Notes: generated by a model from the sequence alone, not told the origin. A DNA stretch of 64,000 nucleotides from Escherichia coli (GCF_048403405.1 NZ_CP183129.1), one strand, 5' to 3'; shown: positions 25,776 through 36,823, numbered from the stretch's first letter. Numbers and translations are program-made.

Positions 25776-26410
25776 TGTTTTGCCGCCTTGATGAGAGTGG
25801 TTTTCACCGGGAAATAATCCGCGCCGAGATACTGTTCCGACTGGCGAATTTGCCCTTCGCTGTCGATCCAGTAGCGGTTATGCCAGCGCGCCTGGTCGGT
25901 GGAGACTTCTTCGTCCAGCACGCGAACCGGGGTTTCATCGCTGCCGACTTTGACGGTATCGGTGCCATCCCATTTGAAGACTGAGCGTGCGGTGGCGTAG
26001 CGTACCTGCTGGTACTCGGTCCAGCCCATCGTGCGCGTCCAGATTGCACCATCAACAATTTGTGCGGGTTTAATCAGCGGGTCGGCAGCAAGGTTATTCA
26101 CCTCAATCAGGTTGTCGCCGCCAAGCAGAGTCTTCACCAGACGACCATGTTGTGTGACGAGAGTAGCCTGATCCTGAGTGACCCATTTTTGTTGTCCGTC
26201 TTCAGCGAAGGCCAGCACCACAAATAACTGCGGTCCGCCATTAAGCTGCATGTACTGGCTGGCGTAGGGCATATTTTGAATATCATCGTCCGTCAGCTGT
26301 ACGCCTGGCGTGCCGAACAGACTGTCCCACAGTGAATTGCCCAGCTCTTTAGTCGTGGCTGAACAGGCCTGTAATAGCAGGCAGATAAGAATGAGTGCAG
26401 GTCGCTTCAC
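25772..26410 (-). CDS. yjbF: Lipoprotein of the yjbEFGH locus (GfcB-like)
   Basis: Lipobox LLLQAC-S; I chose the GTG at 26408-26410 (212 aa); the track's upstream start at 26440 is the alternative. Confidence 0.8.
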   Translation of the reverse strand: MKRPALILICLLLQACSATTKELGNSLWDSLFGTPGVQLTDDDIQNMPYASQYMQLNGGPQLFVVLAFAEDGQQKWVTQDQATLVTQHGRLVKTLLGGDNLIEVNNLAADPLIKPAQIVDGAIWTRTMGWTEYQQVRYATARSVFKWDGTDTVKVGSDETPVRVLDEEVSTDQARWHNRYWIDSEGQIRQSEQYLGADYFPVKTTLIKAAKQ

Positions 26411-26523
26411 GACTCTTCTCCAGGGGGGCAGAATAACCACACCGGAGTGTGGTTATGGTAAATCCCTTCATACTTCAAGCCACAGATGCAATGACTCGAA
26501 TTATTTTGGGGATACATACTTTA

Positions 26524-26766
26524 TTACTGGGTACTGGTGGTCGTGGTTGTTGTGGTCCCGGTATTAGAACCATCACCGCCACCGGTTGCCGCGAGCGCGA
26601 CACCCACCGCCGAGCTTACGGTGCTGACGCTGGTCGCGGAGGAACTCCCCGCCGAAACCGACGTTGCTGCCGACCCTGCCGCTTCGCCCACCTGTACAGG
26701 TGCAGCCCACGCAGAAGTCGCCGCAAGCGCAGATATGGCAAAAATGCCATACAGAACTTTTTTCAT
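26524..26766 (-). CDS. yjbE: Thr/Ser-rich secreted small protein (GfcA-like)
   Basis: [47 protein letters not shown]...[10 protein letters not shown], 80 aa. Confidence 0.85.
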
Positions 26767-27073
26767 AACAATTTCCCTTCATTGAATGAATGGAGATTTA
26801 CCCAAAAACATTTCGGGCGGGATCGAGTATACACAACTAAAGCATGCGAATTACGGCGCGGGGAATTAGCGATGGCGTTTTAGGATAATTGGAATGAATA
26901 TCAAATATAAGTTTCAACTTATATTTAAATAACAATAAAAATCATAAACTTAAAATAAAAACAAAAGTAATTAATCTGCGTATTTTCCGAAATAAACAAC
27001 GATTAAAAATCTATTTTAGGATTAACCTCACGGTATGATTTCCGTTAAATCACAGACAAGGGGATTTATCTGA

Positions 27074-27100
27074 TAAAAAAATGCCGACATAACGTCGGCA
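27074..27100 (-). terminator. Intrinsic terminator after pgi
   Basis: Hairpin tgccgac-ataa-cgtcggca with a T-run on the minus strand 20 bp past the pgi stop. Confidence 0.6.
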
Positions 27101-27120
27101 TTGTTATTAAGGTTTATAAA

Positions 27121-28770
27121 TTAACCGCGCCACGCTTTATAGCGGTTAATCAGACCATTGGTCGAGCTATCGTGGCTGCTGATTTCTTTGTCATCTTTCA
27201 GCTCTGGCAGAATACGGTTCGCCAGCTGTTTACCCAGTTCCACGCCCCACTGGTCGAAGGTGAAGATGTTCAGGATCACGCCCTGAGTAAAGATTTTGTG
27301 CTCATACAGCGCAATCAACGCACCCAGGCTGAACGGAGTGATTTCACGCAGCAGGATGGAGTTGGTCGGGCGGTTACCTTCGAACACTTTGAACGGCACC
27401 ACGTAGTCAAGCGTTGCCGGATCTTTACCCTGATCACGATATTCCTGCTCAACCACTTCGCGGGATTTACCAAACGCCAGCGCTTCGGTCTGAGCAAAGA
27501 AGTTAGACAGCAGTTTCTGGTGATGATCAGAAAGCGGGTTATGGGTGATAGCCGGAGCGATGAAATCGCACGGTACCATTTTGGTTCCCTGGTGGATCAG
27601 CTGGTAGAACGCGTGCTGACCGTTCGTGCCGGGTTCACCCCAGATAATCGGGCCAGTCTGGTAATTCACGACGTTACCGTTACGGTCAACGTACTTACCG
27701 TTGGACTCCATATTGCCCTGCTGGAAGTACGCCGCGAAACGGTGCATATACTGGTCATACGGCAGAATCGCTTCAGTTTCCGCACCAAAGAAATTGTTGT
27801 ACCAGATGCCAATCAGCGCCAGCAGTACAGGCAGGTTTTTCTCGGCAGGCGTGGTGGAGAAATGCTTGTCCATCGCGTGTGCGCCAGAAAGCAGTTCAAC
27901 GAAGTTATCAAAGCCGATGGAGAGAACAATCGACAGGCCAATCGCTGACCATAAAGAGTAACGACCACCGACCCAGTCCCAGAACTCGAACATGTTGGCG
28001 GTATCAATACCAAACTCGCCAACGGCTTTGGCGTTGGTTGAGAGCGCCGCAAAGTGTTTCGCAACGTGTTTTTCATCACCAGCCGCTTTCAGGAACCAGT
28101 CACGCGCACTATGGGCGTTGGTCATGGTTTCCTGAGTGGTGAAGGTTTTAGATGCTACCAGGAACAGCGTGGTTTCCGGGTTTACTTTTTTCAGCACTTC
28201 CGCGATGTGAGTCCCATCGACGTTAGAAACAAAGTGCATGTTCAGGTGGTTTTTGTACGGACGCAGTGCTTCGGTCACCATGTATGGGCCGAGGTCAGAA
28301 CCGCCGATCCCGATGTTCACTACGTCAGTGATTGCTTTGCCGGTATAACCCTTCCACTCACCGGAAATAATCGCTTGCGAGAAGGTTTTCATCTTCTCCA
28401 GCACCGCGTTGACTTCCGGCATAACGTCTTTGCCATCAACCAGAATCGGGGTATTGCTACGGTTACGCAGCGCTACGTGCAGCACGGCGCGGTTTTCGGT
28501 GCGGTTGATCTTCTCACCAGAGAACATCGACTTAATCGCGCCCGCCAGATCGCACTCTTTCGCCAGATCTTGTAATTTCGCCAGCGTCTCTTCAGTGATG
28601 CGGTTTTTGGAGTAATCCACCAGCATCTGATCGTCGAAGGTTGCGGAGAACTTAGAAAAACGATCGCCGTCTTTAGCAAAAAGATCGGCGATCGTAACGT
28701 CTTTCATTTCATCGAAGTGTTTCTGTAGTGCCTGCCAGGCAGCGGTCTGCGTTGGATTGATGTTTTTCAT
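27121..28770 (-). CDS. pgi: Glucose-6-phosphate isomerase
   Basis: [41 protein letters not shown]... 549 aa; track ORF trimmed by two codons. Confidence 0.95.
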   Translation of the reverse strand: MKNINPTQTAAWQALQKHFDEMKDVTIADLFAKDGDRFSKFSATFDDQMLVDYSKNRITEETLAKLQDLAKECDLAGAIKSMFSGEKINRTENRAVLHVALRNRSNTPILVDGKDVMPEVNAVLEKMKTFSQAIISGEWKGYTGKAITDVVNIGIGGSDLGPYMVTEALRPYKNHLNMHFVSNVDGTHIAEVLKKVNPETTLFLVASKTFTTQETMTNAHSARDWFLKAAGDEKHVAKHFAALSTNAKAVGEFGIDTANMFEFWDWVGGRYSLWSAIGLSIVLSIGFDNFVELLSGAHAMDKHFSTTPAEKNLPVLLALIGIWYNNFFGAETEAILPYDQYMHRFAAYFQQGNMESNGKYVDRNGNVVNYQTGPIIWGEPGTNGQHAFYQLIHQGTKMVPCDFIAPAITHNPLSDHHQKLLSNFFAQTEALAFGKSREVVEQEYRDQGKDPATLDYVVPFKVFEGNRPTNSILLREITPFSLGALIALYEHKIFTQGVILNIFTFDQWGVELGKQLANRILPELKDDKEISSHDSSTNGLINRYKAWRG

Positions 28771-29015
28771 TAGCAATACTCTTCTGATTTTGAGAATTGT
28801 GACTTTGGAAGATTGTAGCGCCAGTCACAGAAAAATGTGATGGTTTTAGTGCCGTTAGCGTAATGTTGAGTGTAAACCCTTAGCGCAGTGAAGCATTTAT
28901 TAGCTGAACTACTGACCGCCAGGAGTGGATGAAAAATCCGCATGACCCCATCGTTGACAACCGCCCCGCTCACCCTTTATTTATAAATGTACTACCTGCG
29001 CTAGCGCAGGCCAGA

Positions 29016-29200
29016 AGAGGCGCGTTGCCCAAGTAACGGTGTTGGAGGAGCCAGTCCTGTGATAACACCTGAGGGGGTGCATCGCCGAGGTGATTGAACG
29101 GCTGGCCACGTTCATCATCGGCTACAGGGGCTGAATCCCCTGGGTTGTCACCAGAAGCGTTCGCAGTCGGGCGTTTCGCAAGTGGTGGAGCACTTCTGGG
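29016..29200 (+). ncRNA. Lysine riboswitch (L-box) in the lysC leader
   Basis: Leader contains conserved L-box segments AGAGGCGC, GGAGGAGCC and TGCATCGCCGAGGTGA about 100-280 nt upstream of the lysC ATG. Boundaries are approximate. Confidence 0.7.
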
Positions 29201-29294
29201 TGAAAATAGTAGCGAAGTATCGCTCTGCGCCCACCCGTCTTCCGCTCTTCCCTTGTGCCAAGGCTGAAAATGGATCCCCTGACACGAGGTAGTT

Positions 29295-30644
29295 ATGTCT
29301 GAAATTGTTGTCTCCAAATTTGGCGGTACCAGCGTAGCTGATTTTGACGCCATGAACCGCAGCGCTGATATTGTGCTTTCTGATGCCAACGTACGTTTAG
29401 TTGTTCTCTCGGCTTCTGCTGGTATCACTAATCTGCTGGTCGCTTTAGCTGAAGGACTGGAACCTGGCGAGCGATTCGAAAAACTCGACGCAATCCGCAA
29501 TATCCAGTTTGCCATTCTGGAACGTCTGCGTTACCCGAACGTTATCCGTGAAGAGATTGAACGTCTGCTGGAGAACATTACTGTTCTGGCAGAAGCGGCG
29601 GCGCTGGCAACGTCTCCGGCGCTGACAGATGAACTGGTCAGCCACGGCGAGCTGATGTCGACCCTGCTGTTTGTCGAAATCCTGCGCGAACGCGATGTTC
29701 AGGCACAGTGGTTTGATGTACGTAAAGTGATGCGTACCAACGACCGATTTGGTCGTGCAGAGCCAGATGTAGCCGCGCTGGCGGAACTGGCCGCGCTGCA
29801 GCTGCTCCCACGCCTCAATGAAGGCTTAGTGATCACCCAGGGATTTATCGGTAGCGAAAATAAAGGTCGGACAACGACGCTTGGCCGTGGAGGCAGCGAT
29901 TATACGGCAGCCTTGCTGGCGGAGGCTTTACACGCATCTCGTGTTGATATCTGGACCGACGTCCCGGGCATCTACACCACCGATCCACGCGTGGTTTCCG
30001 CAGCAAAACGCATTGATGAAATCGCGTTTGCCGAAGCGGCAGAGATGGCAACTTTTGGTGCAAAAGTACTGCATCCGGCAACGTTGCTACCCGCAGTACG
30101 CAGCGATATCCCGGTCTTTGTCGGCTCCAGTAAAGACCCACGCGCAGGTGGTACGCTGGTGTGCAATAAAACTGAAAATCCGCCGCTATTCCGCGCGCTG
30201 GCGCTTCGTCGCAATCAGACTCTGCTCACTTTGCACAGCCTGAATATGCTGCATTCTCGCGGTTTCCTCGCGGAAGTTTTCGGCATCCTCGCGCGGCATA
30301 ATATTTCGGTAGACTTAATCACCACGTCAGAAGTGAGCGTGGCATTAACCCTTGATACCACCGGTTCAACCTCCACTGGCGATACCTTGCTGACGCAATC
30401 TCTGCTGATGGAGCTGTCTGCACTATGCCGGGTAGAAGTGGAGGAAGGTCTGGCGCTGGTCGCGTTGATTGGCAATGACCTGTCAAAAGCCTGCGGCGTT
30501 GGCAAAGAGGTATTCGGCGTACTGGAACCGTTCAACATTCGCATGATTTGTTACGGCGCATCCAGCCATAACCTGTGCTTCCTGGTGCCCGGCGAAGATG
30601 CCGAGCAGGTGGTGCAAAAACTGCATTTTAATTTGTTTGAGTAA
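29295..30644 (+). CDS. lysC: Lysine-sensitive aspartokinase III
   Basis: MSEIVVSKFGGTSVADFDAMNRSADIVLSDANVRLVVLSASAGITN... 449 aa with C-terminal ACT domains. Confidence 0.95.
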   Translation: MSEIVVSKFGGTSVADFDAMNRSADIVLSDANVRLVVLSASAGITNLLVALAEGLEPGERFEKLDAIRNIQFAILERLRYPNVIREEIERLLENITVLAEAAALATSPALTDELVSHGELMSTLLFVEILRERDVQAQWFDVRKVMRTNDRFGRAEPDVAALAELAALQLLPRLNEGLVITQGFIGSENKGRTTTLGRGGSDYTAALLAEALHASRVDIWTDVPGIYTTDPRVVSAAKRIDEIAFAEAAEMATFGAKVLHPATLLPAVRSDIPVFVGSSKDPRAGGTLVCNKTENPPLFRALALRRNQTLLTLHSLNMLHSRGFLAEVFGILARHNISVDLITTSEVSVALTLDTTGSTSTGDTLLTQSLLMELSALCRVEVEEGLALVALIGNDLSKACGVGKEVFGVLEPFNIRMICYGASSHNLCFLVPGEDAEQVVQKLHFNLFE

Positions 30645-30653
30645 ACACAGTAT

Positions 30654-30695
30654 GGCCCGGAAGACATTATTTCGGGCCGTATTGTTTTTCTTGTC
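30654..30695 (+). terminator. Possible intrinsic terminator after lysC
   Basis: ggcccg...cgggcc stem followed by gtattgtttttctt; the loop is large, so this is weak. Confidence 0.4.
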
Positions 30696-30897
30696 ATTAT
30701 GCTCATCAATAAACGAGCCTGTACTCTGTTAACCAACGTCTTTATCGGAGAATAATTGCCTTTAATTTTTTTATCTGCATCTCTAACTAATTAGAGAAAG
30801 AGATAAATAGTTAAGAGAAGGCAAAATGAATATTATCAGTTCTGCTCGCAAACGAATTCCCGTACACTGAACTCTCTGGCTCACTGAGGGCACAATC

Positions 30898-31170
30898 ATG
30901 GCACTCCCCCGTATTACCCAAAAAGAGATGACTGAACGCGAGCAGCGTGAACTAAAAACACTGCTGGATCGGGCGCGGATTGCGCATGGTCGCGTGTTGA
31001 CTAATTCGGAAACCAACAGCATTAAAAAAGAGTACATCGATAAGCTGATGGTTGAGCGTGAAGCAGCAGCAAAAAAAGCCCGCCAATTGAAGAAAAAGCA
31101 GGCTTATAAACCGGATCCTGAAGCGTCATTTAGCTGGTCAGCAAATACGTCGACGCGCGGCAGGCGCTGA
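30898..31170 (+). CDS. yjbD: Small basic protein YjbD (DUF3811)
   Basis: MALPRITQKEMTEREQRELKTLLDRARIAHGRVLTNSETNSIKKEY... 90 aa. Confidence 0.85.
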   Translation: MALPRITQKEMTEREQRELKTLLDRARIAHGRVLTNSETNSIKKEYIDKLMVEREAAAKKARQLKKKQAYKPDPEASFSWSANTSTRGRR

Positions 31171-32043
31171 TTAACGCCCCTTCTTTTTACGCCCCGGCGA
31201 GGTAAAACGCTTACCGTTGGACGCCGGGCGACCGCCTTTTTCCGCCGTTTTTTCCATCTTAACGACTGGACGTTTGATGCCCGCCGTTTTCGGTTTGGCC
31301 TTCGTTTTAGGTTTTGCCTCGGAAGAGGAATTTTCGATGAGCTTAAAGAGGTCGATTAACTCATCGTCAGTTAAATCGCGCCACTCACCCAGCGGAATGC
31401 CGCTTAAGCTGACGTTCATAATGCGCGTACGTTCCAGCTTTTTCACTTCGTAACCAAAGTGCTCGCACATGCGCCGGATCTGACGGTTCAGCCCCTGCAC
31501 CAGGGTAATGCGGAAGACAAACGGCGCTTCTTTTTTGACTTTGCACTTTTTCGTCACCGTCCCGAGGATCGGCACCCCCGCCCCCATACCACGAATAAAT
31601 TCATCGGTAATCGGTTTATCGACCGTCACCAGATACTCTTTCTCATGATCGTTACCCGCACGGAGGATCTTATTCACCAGATCGCCGTGATTGGTGAGGA
31701 AAATCAGCCCCTGGGAGTCTTTATCCAGGCGGCCAATCGGGAACACGCGTTTGCTGTGGTTAACGAAATCGACAATGTTATCGCGCTCGCCATCTTCGGT
31801 GGTGCTGACAATACCGACGGGCTTGTTCAGGGCGATAAGTACCAAATCTTCGGCTTCCCGAGGCTCAATCAACTGACCGTTTACTTTCACAACGTCGCCG
31901 GGTTTCACCTGATCGCCAATGGTGGCTCGCTTGCCATTAAGGAACACATTGCCTTGCTCGATATAGCGATCCGCTTCGCGGCGTGAGCAAATTCCGCTTT
32001 CGCTGATGTATTTATTTAAACGGACTGATGAGTCGGGCAGCAT
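31171..32043 (-). CDS. rluF: 23S rRNA pseudouridine synthase F
   Basis: [39 protein letters not shown]... with S4 and RluA-type catalytic domains and a Lys-rich tail; 290 aa. Confidence 0.9.
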   Translation of the reverse strand: MLPDSSVRLNKYISESGICSRREADRYIEQGNVFLNGKRATIGDQVKPGDVVKVNGQLIEPREAEDLVLIALNKPVGIVSTTEDGERDNIVDFVNHSKRVFPIGRLDKDSQGLIFLTNHGDLVNKILRAGNDHEKEYLVTVDKPITDEFIRGMGAGVPILGTVTKKCKVKKEAPFVFRITLVQGLNRQIRRMCEHFGYEVKKLERTRIMNVSLSGIPLGEWRDLTDDELIDLFKLIENSSSEAKPKTKAKPKTAGIKRPVVKMEKTAEKGGRPASNGKRFTSPGRKKKGR

Positions 32044-32390
32044 AAATTCTCCTGTAAAACGCGGAATATACCGTACCTCTTAGCGGGGAAAAACAGGGTT
32101 ATGCGGCAACGTCGAAATTAAATGTGATCTGCCACGCCTTTTATCACAAAAGTGTCTCCGGAAGTACGATGCAAATTTGCCTGGCAAAATAAGGATAATC
32201 AACATATTACGAATCGCTGCACACCTGTGCTGATGACTACTACGCAGAGAAACAAATGTGCAAGAGAAAGCGCTATTTCTCCCCATGCAAAGAGTGAAAA
32301 ATCGCTTTGAAAGGCCATCATGATGGGGTTATATCAGATCAAGCGGTGAGAAAGCGTATTTGCACAAATGTGCAGAACCAGGAGGCGGCA

Positions 32391-33338
32391 ATGGAAAACA
32401 GTGACGATATCCGTTTGATTGTGAAGATTGCCCAACTCTATTACGAACAGGATATGACGCAGGCGCAAATCGCGCGCGAACTGGGTATTTACCGCACCAC
32501 CATCAGCCGCTTGCTTAAACGAGGCCGCGATCAGGGAATTGTCACCATCGCCATCAACTATGACTACAACGAAAATCTCTGGCTGGAGCAGCAACTGAAG
32601 CAAAAGTTTGGCCTGAAAGACGTTGTGGTGGTGTCGGGAAATGATGAGGATGAAGAGACTCAACTGGCGATGATGGGGTTACACGGCGCGCAACTGCTGG
32701 ATCGCTTGCTGGAGCCTGGCGATATTGTCGGTTTTTCCTGGGGTCGCGCGGTGAGCGCACTGGTTGAAAACTTGCCGCAGGCGGGGCAATCGCGGCAGTT
32801 AATCTGCGTACCAATTATTGGCGGACCGTCCGGTAAACTCGAAAGCCGCTATCACGTAAACACATTAACCTACAGCGCGGCAGCGAAGCTGAAAGGGGAA
32901 TCGCATCTCGCAGATTTTCCGGCTCTGCTGGATAACCCCTTAATTCGTAATGGGATCATGCAGTCTCAGCACTTTAAAACCATCTCTGCCTACTGGGATA
33001 ATCTGGATGTCGCCCTGGTGGGAATTGGCTCACCGGCCATTCGCGACGGCGCTAACTGGCATGCGTTTTATGGTGGTGAAGAGAGTGACGACCTGAATGC
33101 CCGCCAGGTTGCTGGCGATATTTGCTCGCGCTTTTTTGATATTCACGGCGCAATGGTTGAAACGAATATGAGCGAAAAAACACTCTCTATCGAAATGAAT
33201 AAATTAAAGCAGGCGCGGTATTCCATTGGCATTGCCATGAGTGAAGAAAAATACAGCGGAATTGTTGGTGCACTGCGTGGAAAATATATTAATTGTCTGG
33301 TAACGAATAGCAGCACAGCTGAACTATTACTGAAATAA
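32391..33338 (+). CDS. sorC: SorC-family transcriptional regulator of the sorbose operon
   Basis: MENSDDIRLIVKIAQLYYEQDMTQAQIARELGIYRTTISRLLKRGRDQGIV... (HTH plus sugar-binding domain); ATG at 32391 preceded by AGGAGG; 28-codon track extension trimmed. Confidence 0.8.
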   Translation: MENSDDIRLIVKIAQLYYEQDMTQAQIARELGIYRTTISRLLKRGRDQGIVTIAINYDYNENLWLEQQLKQKFGLKDVVVVSGNDEDEETQLAMMGLHGAQLLDRLLEPGDIVGFSWGRAVSALVENLPQAGQSRQLICVPIIGGPSGKLESRYHVNTLTYSAAAKLKGESHLADFPALLDNPLIRNGIMQSQHFKTISAYWDNLDVALVGIGSPAIRDGANWHAFYGGEESDDLNARQVAGDICSRFFDIHGAMVETNMSEKTLSIEMNKLKQARYSIGIAMSEEKYSGIVGALRGKYINCLVTNSSTAELLLK

Positions 33339-33407
33339 AAATCTTCCCGATGTTTACCGTAATAAAAATTACGGCGGGTCCCTATTATCTAAAATCAGGA
33401 GTCTGTT

Positions 33408-34214
33408 ATGCAAACGTGGTTAAATTTGCAGGATAAAATCATTATCGTCACCGGCGGCGCATCCGGTATTGGTCTGGCGATTGTAGAGGAATTATTAGCA
33501 CAAGGCGCAAACGTACAGATGGTAGATATTCACGGTGGCGATGGTCAATATGAAGGTCATAAAGGCTATCAGTTTTGGCCGACCGATATTTCCAGCGCCA
33601 AAGAGGTAAATCATACGGTAGCGGAAATTATCCAGCGTTTTGGTCGCATCGACGGTCTGGCCAATAACGCCGGGGTCAATTTCCCGCGTCTGCTGGTCGA
33701 TGAGAAAGCGCCTGCCGGGCAGTATGAACTCAACGAAGCTGCATTCGAAAAAATGGTCAATATCAACCAGAAAGGCGTTTTTCTGATGTCGCAGGCGGTG
33801 GCGCGACAGATGGTCAAACAACATGATGGCGTGATTGTGAATGTTTCCTCAGAAAGTGGGCTGGAAGGCTCAGAAGGCCAAAGCTGTTACGCCGCGACCA
33901 AAGCCGCGCTCAATAGCTTCACGCGCTCCTGGTCGAAAGAGCTGGGTAAGCACGGTATCCGTGTGGTCGGTATCGCGCCAGGGATTCTGGAAAAAACAGG
34001 ACTGCGCACGCCGGAATATGAAGAAGCGCTGGCGTGGACGCGCAATATCACCGTCGAGCAGCTGCGTGAAGGCTATACCAAAAATTCCATTCCTATTGGG
34101 CGCGCCGGAAGATTAGCAGAAGTGGCTGATTTTGTTTGTTATCTGCTGTCTGAACGCGCCAGCTATATCACCGGAGTAACCACTAACATTGCAGGCGGCA
34201 AAACGCGCGGCTAA
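33408..34214 (+). CDS. sorD: Short-chain dehydrogenase (D-glucitol-6-phosphate dehydrogenase-like)
   Basis: SDR signatures TGGASGIGLA (Rossmann fold) and YAATKAA (YxxxK); 268 aa. Confidence 0.85.
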   Translation: MQTWLNLQDKIIIVTGGASGIGLAIVEELLAQGANVQMVDIHGGDGQYEGHKGYQFWPTDISSAKEVNHTVAEIIQRFGRIDGLANNAGVNFPRLLVDEKAPAGQYELNEAAFEKMVNINQKGVFLMSQAVARQMVKQHDGVIVNVSSESGLEGSEGQSCYAATKAALNSFTRSWSKELGKHGIRVVGIAPGILEKTGLRTPEYEEALAWTRNITVEQLREGYTKNSIPIGRAGRLAEVADFVCYLLSERASYITGVTTNIAGGKTRG

Positions 34215-34223
34215 GGAGGCTTT

Positions 34224-34631
34224 ATGGTCAATGCCATTTTTTGCGCCCACGGCAAATTAGCCTGCGCCATGCTGGAATCGGTTCAGATGGTGTACGGCGA
34301 TGCCAGGGTCGAGGCAGTTGAATTTGTGCCCGGCGAGAACGCCGGAGACATTGTGGCAAAGCTGGAGAAGTTAGTGAGCATTCACAATCATGGCGAGTGG
34401 CTAATTGCCGTGGATTTACAGTGCGGTAGCCCGTGGAATGCAGCAGCGACGCTTGCGATGCGCAATCCGCACCTGCGGGTGATCAGCGGCCTTTCCCTGC
34501 CACTGGCGCTCGAACTGGTTGATAACCAGGACAGCATGAATGTTGATGAACTGTGTGAACACCTGACGCAAATCGCAAAGCAAACCTGCGTTGTCTGGAA
34601 ACAACTGGCAACAGCGGAGGAGGATTTCTGA
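34224..34631 (+). CDS. sorF: PTS mannose-family EIIA component (sorbose)
   Basis: MVNAIFCAHGKLACAMLESVQMVYGD... with an N-proximal His as in ManX IIA; 135 aa. Confidence 0.85.
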   Translation: MVNAIFCAHGKLACAMLESVQMVYGDARVEAVEFVPGENAGDIVAKLEKLVSIHNHGEWLIAVDLQCGSPWNAAATLAMRNPHLRVISGLSLPLALELVDNQDSMNVDELCEHLTQIAKQTCVVWKQLATAEEDF

Positions 34632-35125
34632 TGAACATTACGCTCGCCCGCATTGATGACCGCCTGATCCACGGTCAGGTCACTACCGTCTGGTCGAAAG
34701 TGGCTAACGCCCAGCGCATTATTATCTGCAATGACGAAGTTTATAACGATGAAGTTCGCCGGACATTATTGCGTCAGGCTGCGCCACCGGGAATGAAGGT
34801 TAACGTGGTCAATATTGAAAAAGCCGTCGCGGTTTATCACAACCCGCAATATCAGGACGAAACCGTTTTTTATCTTTTCACTCGCCCACAGGATGCCTTA
34901 GCGATGGTTCGCCAGGGGGTAAAAATAGACACCCTGAATATTGGCGGCATGGCCTGGCGGCCCGGTAAAAAACAGTTAACCAAAGCGGTTTCATTAGATG
35001 ATGATGATATTAACGCATTTTATGAGTTAAATAATCTTGGCGTCATACTGGATTTACGCGTCGTAGCGTCAGATCCCTCAATCAATATTATCGACAAAAT
35101 AAACGAACAGTTAATCGCAAATTAA
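34631..35125 (+). CDS. sorB: PTS mannose-family EIIB component (sorbose)
   Basis: MNITLARIDDRLIHGQVTTVWSK..., the RIDDRLIHGQ phospho-His motif of IIB-Man; 164 aa. Confidence 0.85.
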   Translation: MNITLARIDDRLIHGQVTTVWSKVANAQRIIICNDEVYNDEVRRTLLRQAAPPGMKVNVVNIEKAVAVYHNPQYQDETVFYLFTRPQDALAMVRQGVKIDTLNIGGMAWRPGKKQLTKAVSLDDDDINAFYELNNLGVILDLRVVASDPSINIIDKINEQLIAN

Positions 35126-35190
35126 ATAATAGCGCCTGTGTACATATGCTTTAACAGGCAGGGATGACGACACTTAAAAGGTGACAAATC

Positions 35191-35988
35191 ATGGAAATAA
35201 GTACCCTACAAATCATTGCTATATTTCTTTTTTCCTGTATTGCCGGAATGGGCAGCGTGCTGGATGAATTTCAGACTCATCGCCCGTTAATTGCCTGTAC
35301 GGTGATTGGTTTAATTCTCGGTGATTTAAAAACCGGAATAATACTCGGTGGTACGCTGGAATTGATAGCTCTCGGCTGGATGAACGTCGGCGCGGCGCAA
35401 TCTCCAGATTCTGCACTCGCCAGCATAATCTCCGCCATTCTGGTTATCGTTGGTCAGCAAAGCATCGCCACCGGAATCGCCATCGCGTTGCCTGTGGCTG
35501 CGGCAGGCCAGGTGCTGACGGTGTTTGCCCGTACCATCACAGTAGTGTTCCAGCACGCGGCGGATAAAGCAGCAGAAGAGGCGCGGTTTCGCACTCTCGA
35601 TATTCTGCATGTCTCCGCGCTTGGCGTGCAGGCGCTGCGCGTTGCTATTCCGGCACTGATTGTCTCGCTGTTCGTCAGCGCCGATATGGTCAGCAATATG
35701 TTAAACGCCATTCCCGAATTTGTGACCCGAGGACTACAGATTGCTGGCGGTTTTATCGTGGTGGTCGGTTACGCCATGGTGCTACGTATGATGGGCGTGA
35801 AATATTTGATGCCTTTCTTTTTCCTCGGTTTCCTCGCAGGTGGCTACCTCGATCTCAGTCTGCTGGCGTTCGGTGGCGTCGGCGTGATCATGGCCCTGCT
35901 CTACATCCAGCTAAATCCACAGTGGCGTAAAGCTGAACCTCAACTCCAGGCCACCGCCTCCACCGCCCTTGACCAACTTGACGATTAA
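35191..35988 (+). CDS. sorA: PTS mannose-family EIIC component (sorbose)
   Basis: 265 aa hydrophobic protein following IIB in the operon. Confidence 0.85.
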   Translation: MEISTLQIIAIFLFSCIAGMGSVLDEFQTHRPLIACTVIGLILGDLKTGIILGGTLELIALGWMNVGAAQSPDSALASIISAILVIVGQQSIATGIAIALPVAAAGQVLTVFARTITVVFQHAADKAAEEARFRTLDILHVSALGVQALRVAIPALIVSLFVSADMVSNMLNAIPEFVTRGLQIAGGFIVVVGYAMVLRMMGVKYLMPFFFLGFLAGGYLDLSLLAFGGVGVIMALLYIQLNPQWRKAEPQLQATASTALDQLDD

Positions 35989-35998
35989 CGGAGCCATC

Positions 35999-36823
35999 AT
36001 GGAACAGAGAAAAATTACACGCAGCGATCTGGTGAGCATGTTTCTGCGCTCCAACCTGCAACAGGCGTCCTTTAACTTTGAACGTATTCACGGGCTGGGT
36101 TTTTGCTACGACATGATCCCCGCCATCAAGCGACTTTACCCATTAAAAGAGGATCAGGTTGCGGCGCTCAGGCGACACCTGGTGTTCTTCAATACCACGC
36201 CAGCCGTATGTGGCCCGGTCATCGGCGTCACTGCCGCCATGGAAGAGGCGCGGGCCAACGGCGCGGAAATTGATGACGGTACCATTAACGGCATCAAAGT
36301 CGGTCTGATGGGACCATTGGCAGGAGTTGGCGATCCACTGGTCTGGGGAACGCTGCGCCCGATTACCGCCGCGCTCGGCGCATCTCTGGCACTTTCGGGC
36401 AACATTCTCGGCCCGCTGCTGTTTTTCTTTATTTTCAATGCGGTGCGTCTGGCGATGAAGTGGTATGGCCTACAGCTCGGCTTTCGCAAAGGGGTGAATA
36501 TCGTCAGCGATATGGGCGGGAATGTGCTGCAAAAACTCACCGAAGGCGCGTCGATTCTCGGACTGTTTGTGATGGGCGTGCTGGTGACCAAATGGACGTC
36601 AATCAACGTACCGTTGGTGGTTTCACAAACGCATGCCGCCGATGGCTCCACCGTCACCATGACCGTGCAGAACATTCTCGACCAACTTTGCCCTGGTTTG
36701 CTGGCGCTCGGTCTGACGCTACTGATGGTTCGTCTGCTCAACAAAAAAATTAACCCGGTATGGCTGATTTTCGCCCTGTTTGGCTTAGGGATTATCGGCA
36801 ATGCGCTGGGCTTCCTGTCCTGA
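35999..36823 (+). CDS. sorM: PTS mannose-family EIID component (sorbose)
   Basis: MEQRKITRSDLVSMFLRSNLQQASFNFERIHGLGFCYDM... typical IID-Man N-terminus; ATG at 35999 preceded by GGAG; 274 aa. Confidence 0.85.
   Translation: MEQRKITRSDLVSMFLRSNLQQASFNFERIHGLGFCYDMIPAIKRLYPLKEDQVAALRRHLVFFNTTPAVCGPVIGVTAAMEEARANGAEIDDGTINGIKVGLMGPLAGVGDPLVWGTLRPITAALGASLALSGNILGPLLFFFIFNAVRLAMKWYGLQLGFRKGVNIVSDMGGNVLQKLTEGASILGLFVMGVLVTKWTSINVPLVVSQTHAADGSTVTMTVQNILDQLCPGLLALGLTLLMVRLLNKKINPVWLIFALFGLGIIGNALGFLS

Noticed and set aside
28970-29515. 181 aa minus-strand ORF across the lysC leader and start
   Set aside because: Overlaps the lysine riboswitch and the lysC N-terminus on the opposite strand; no support as a gene.
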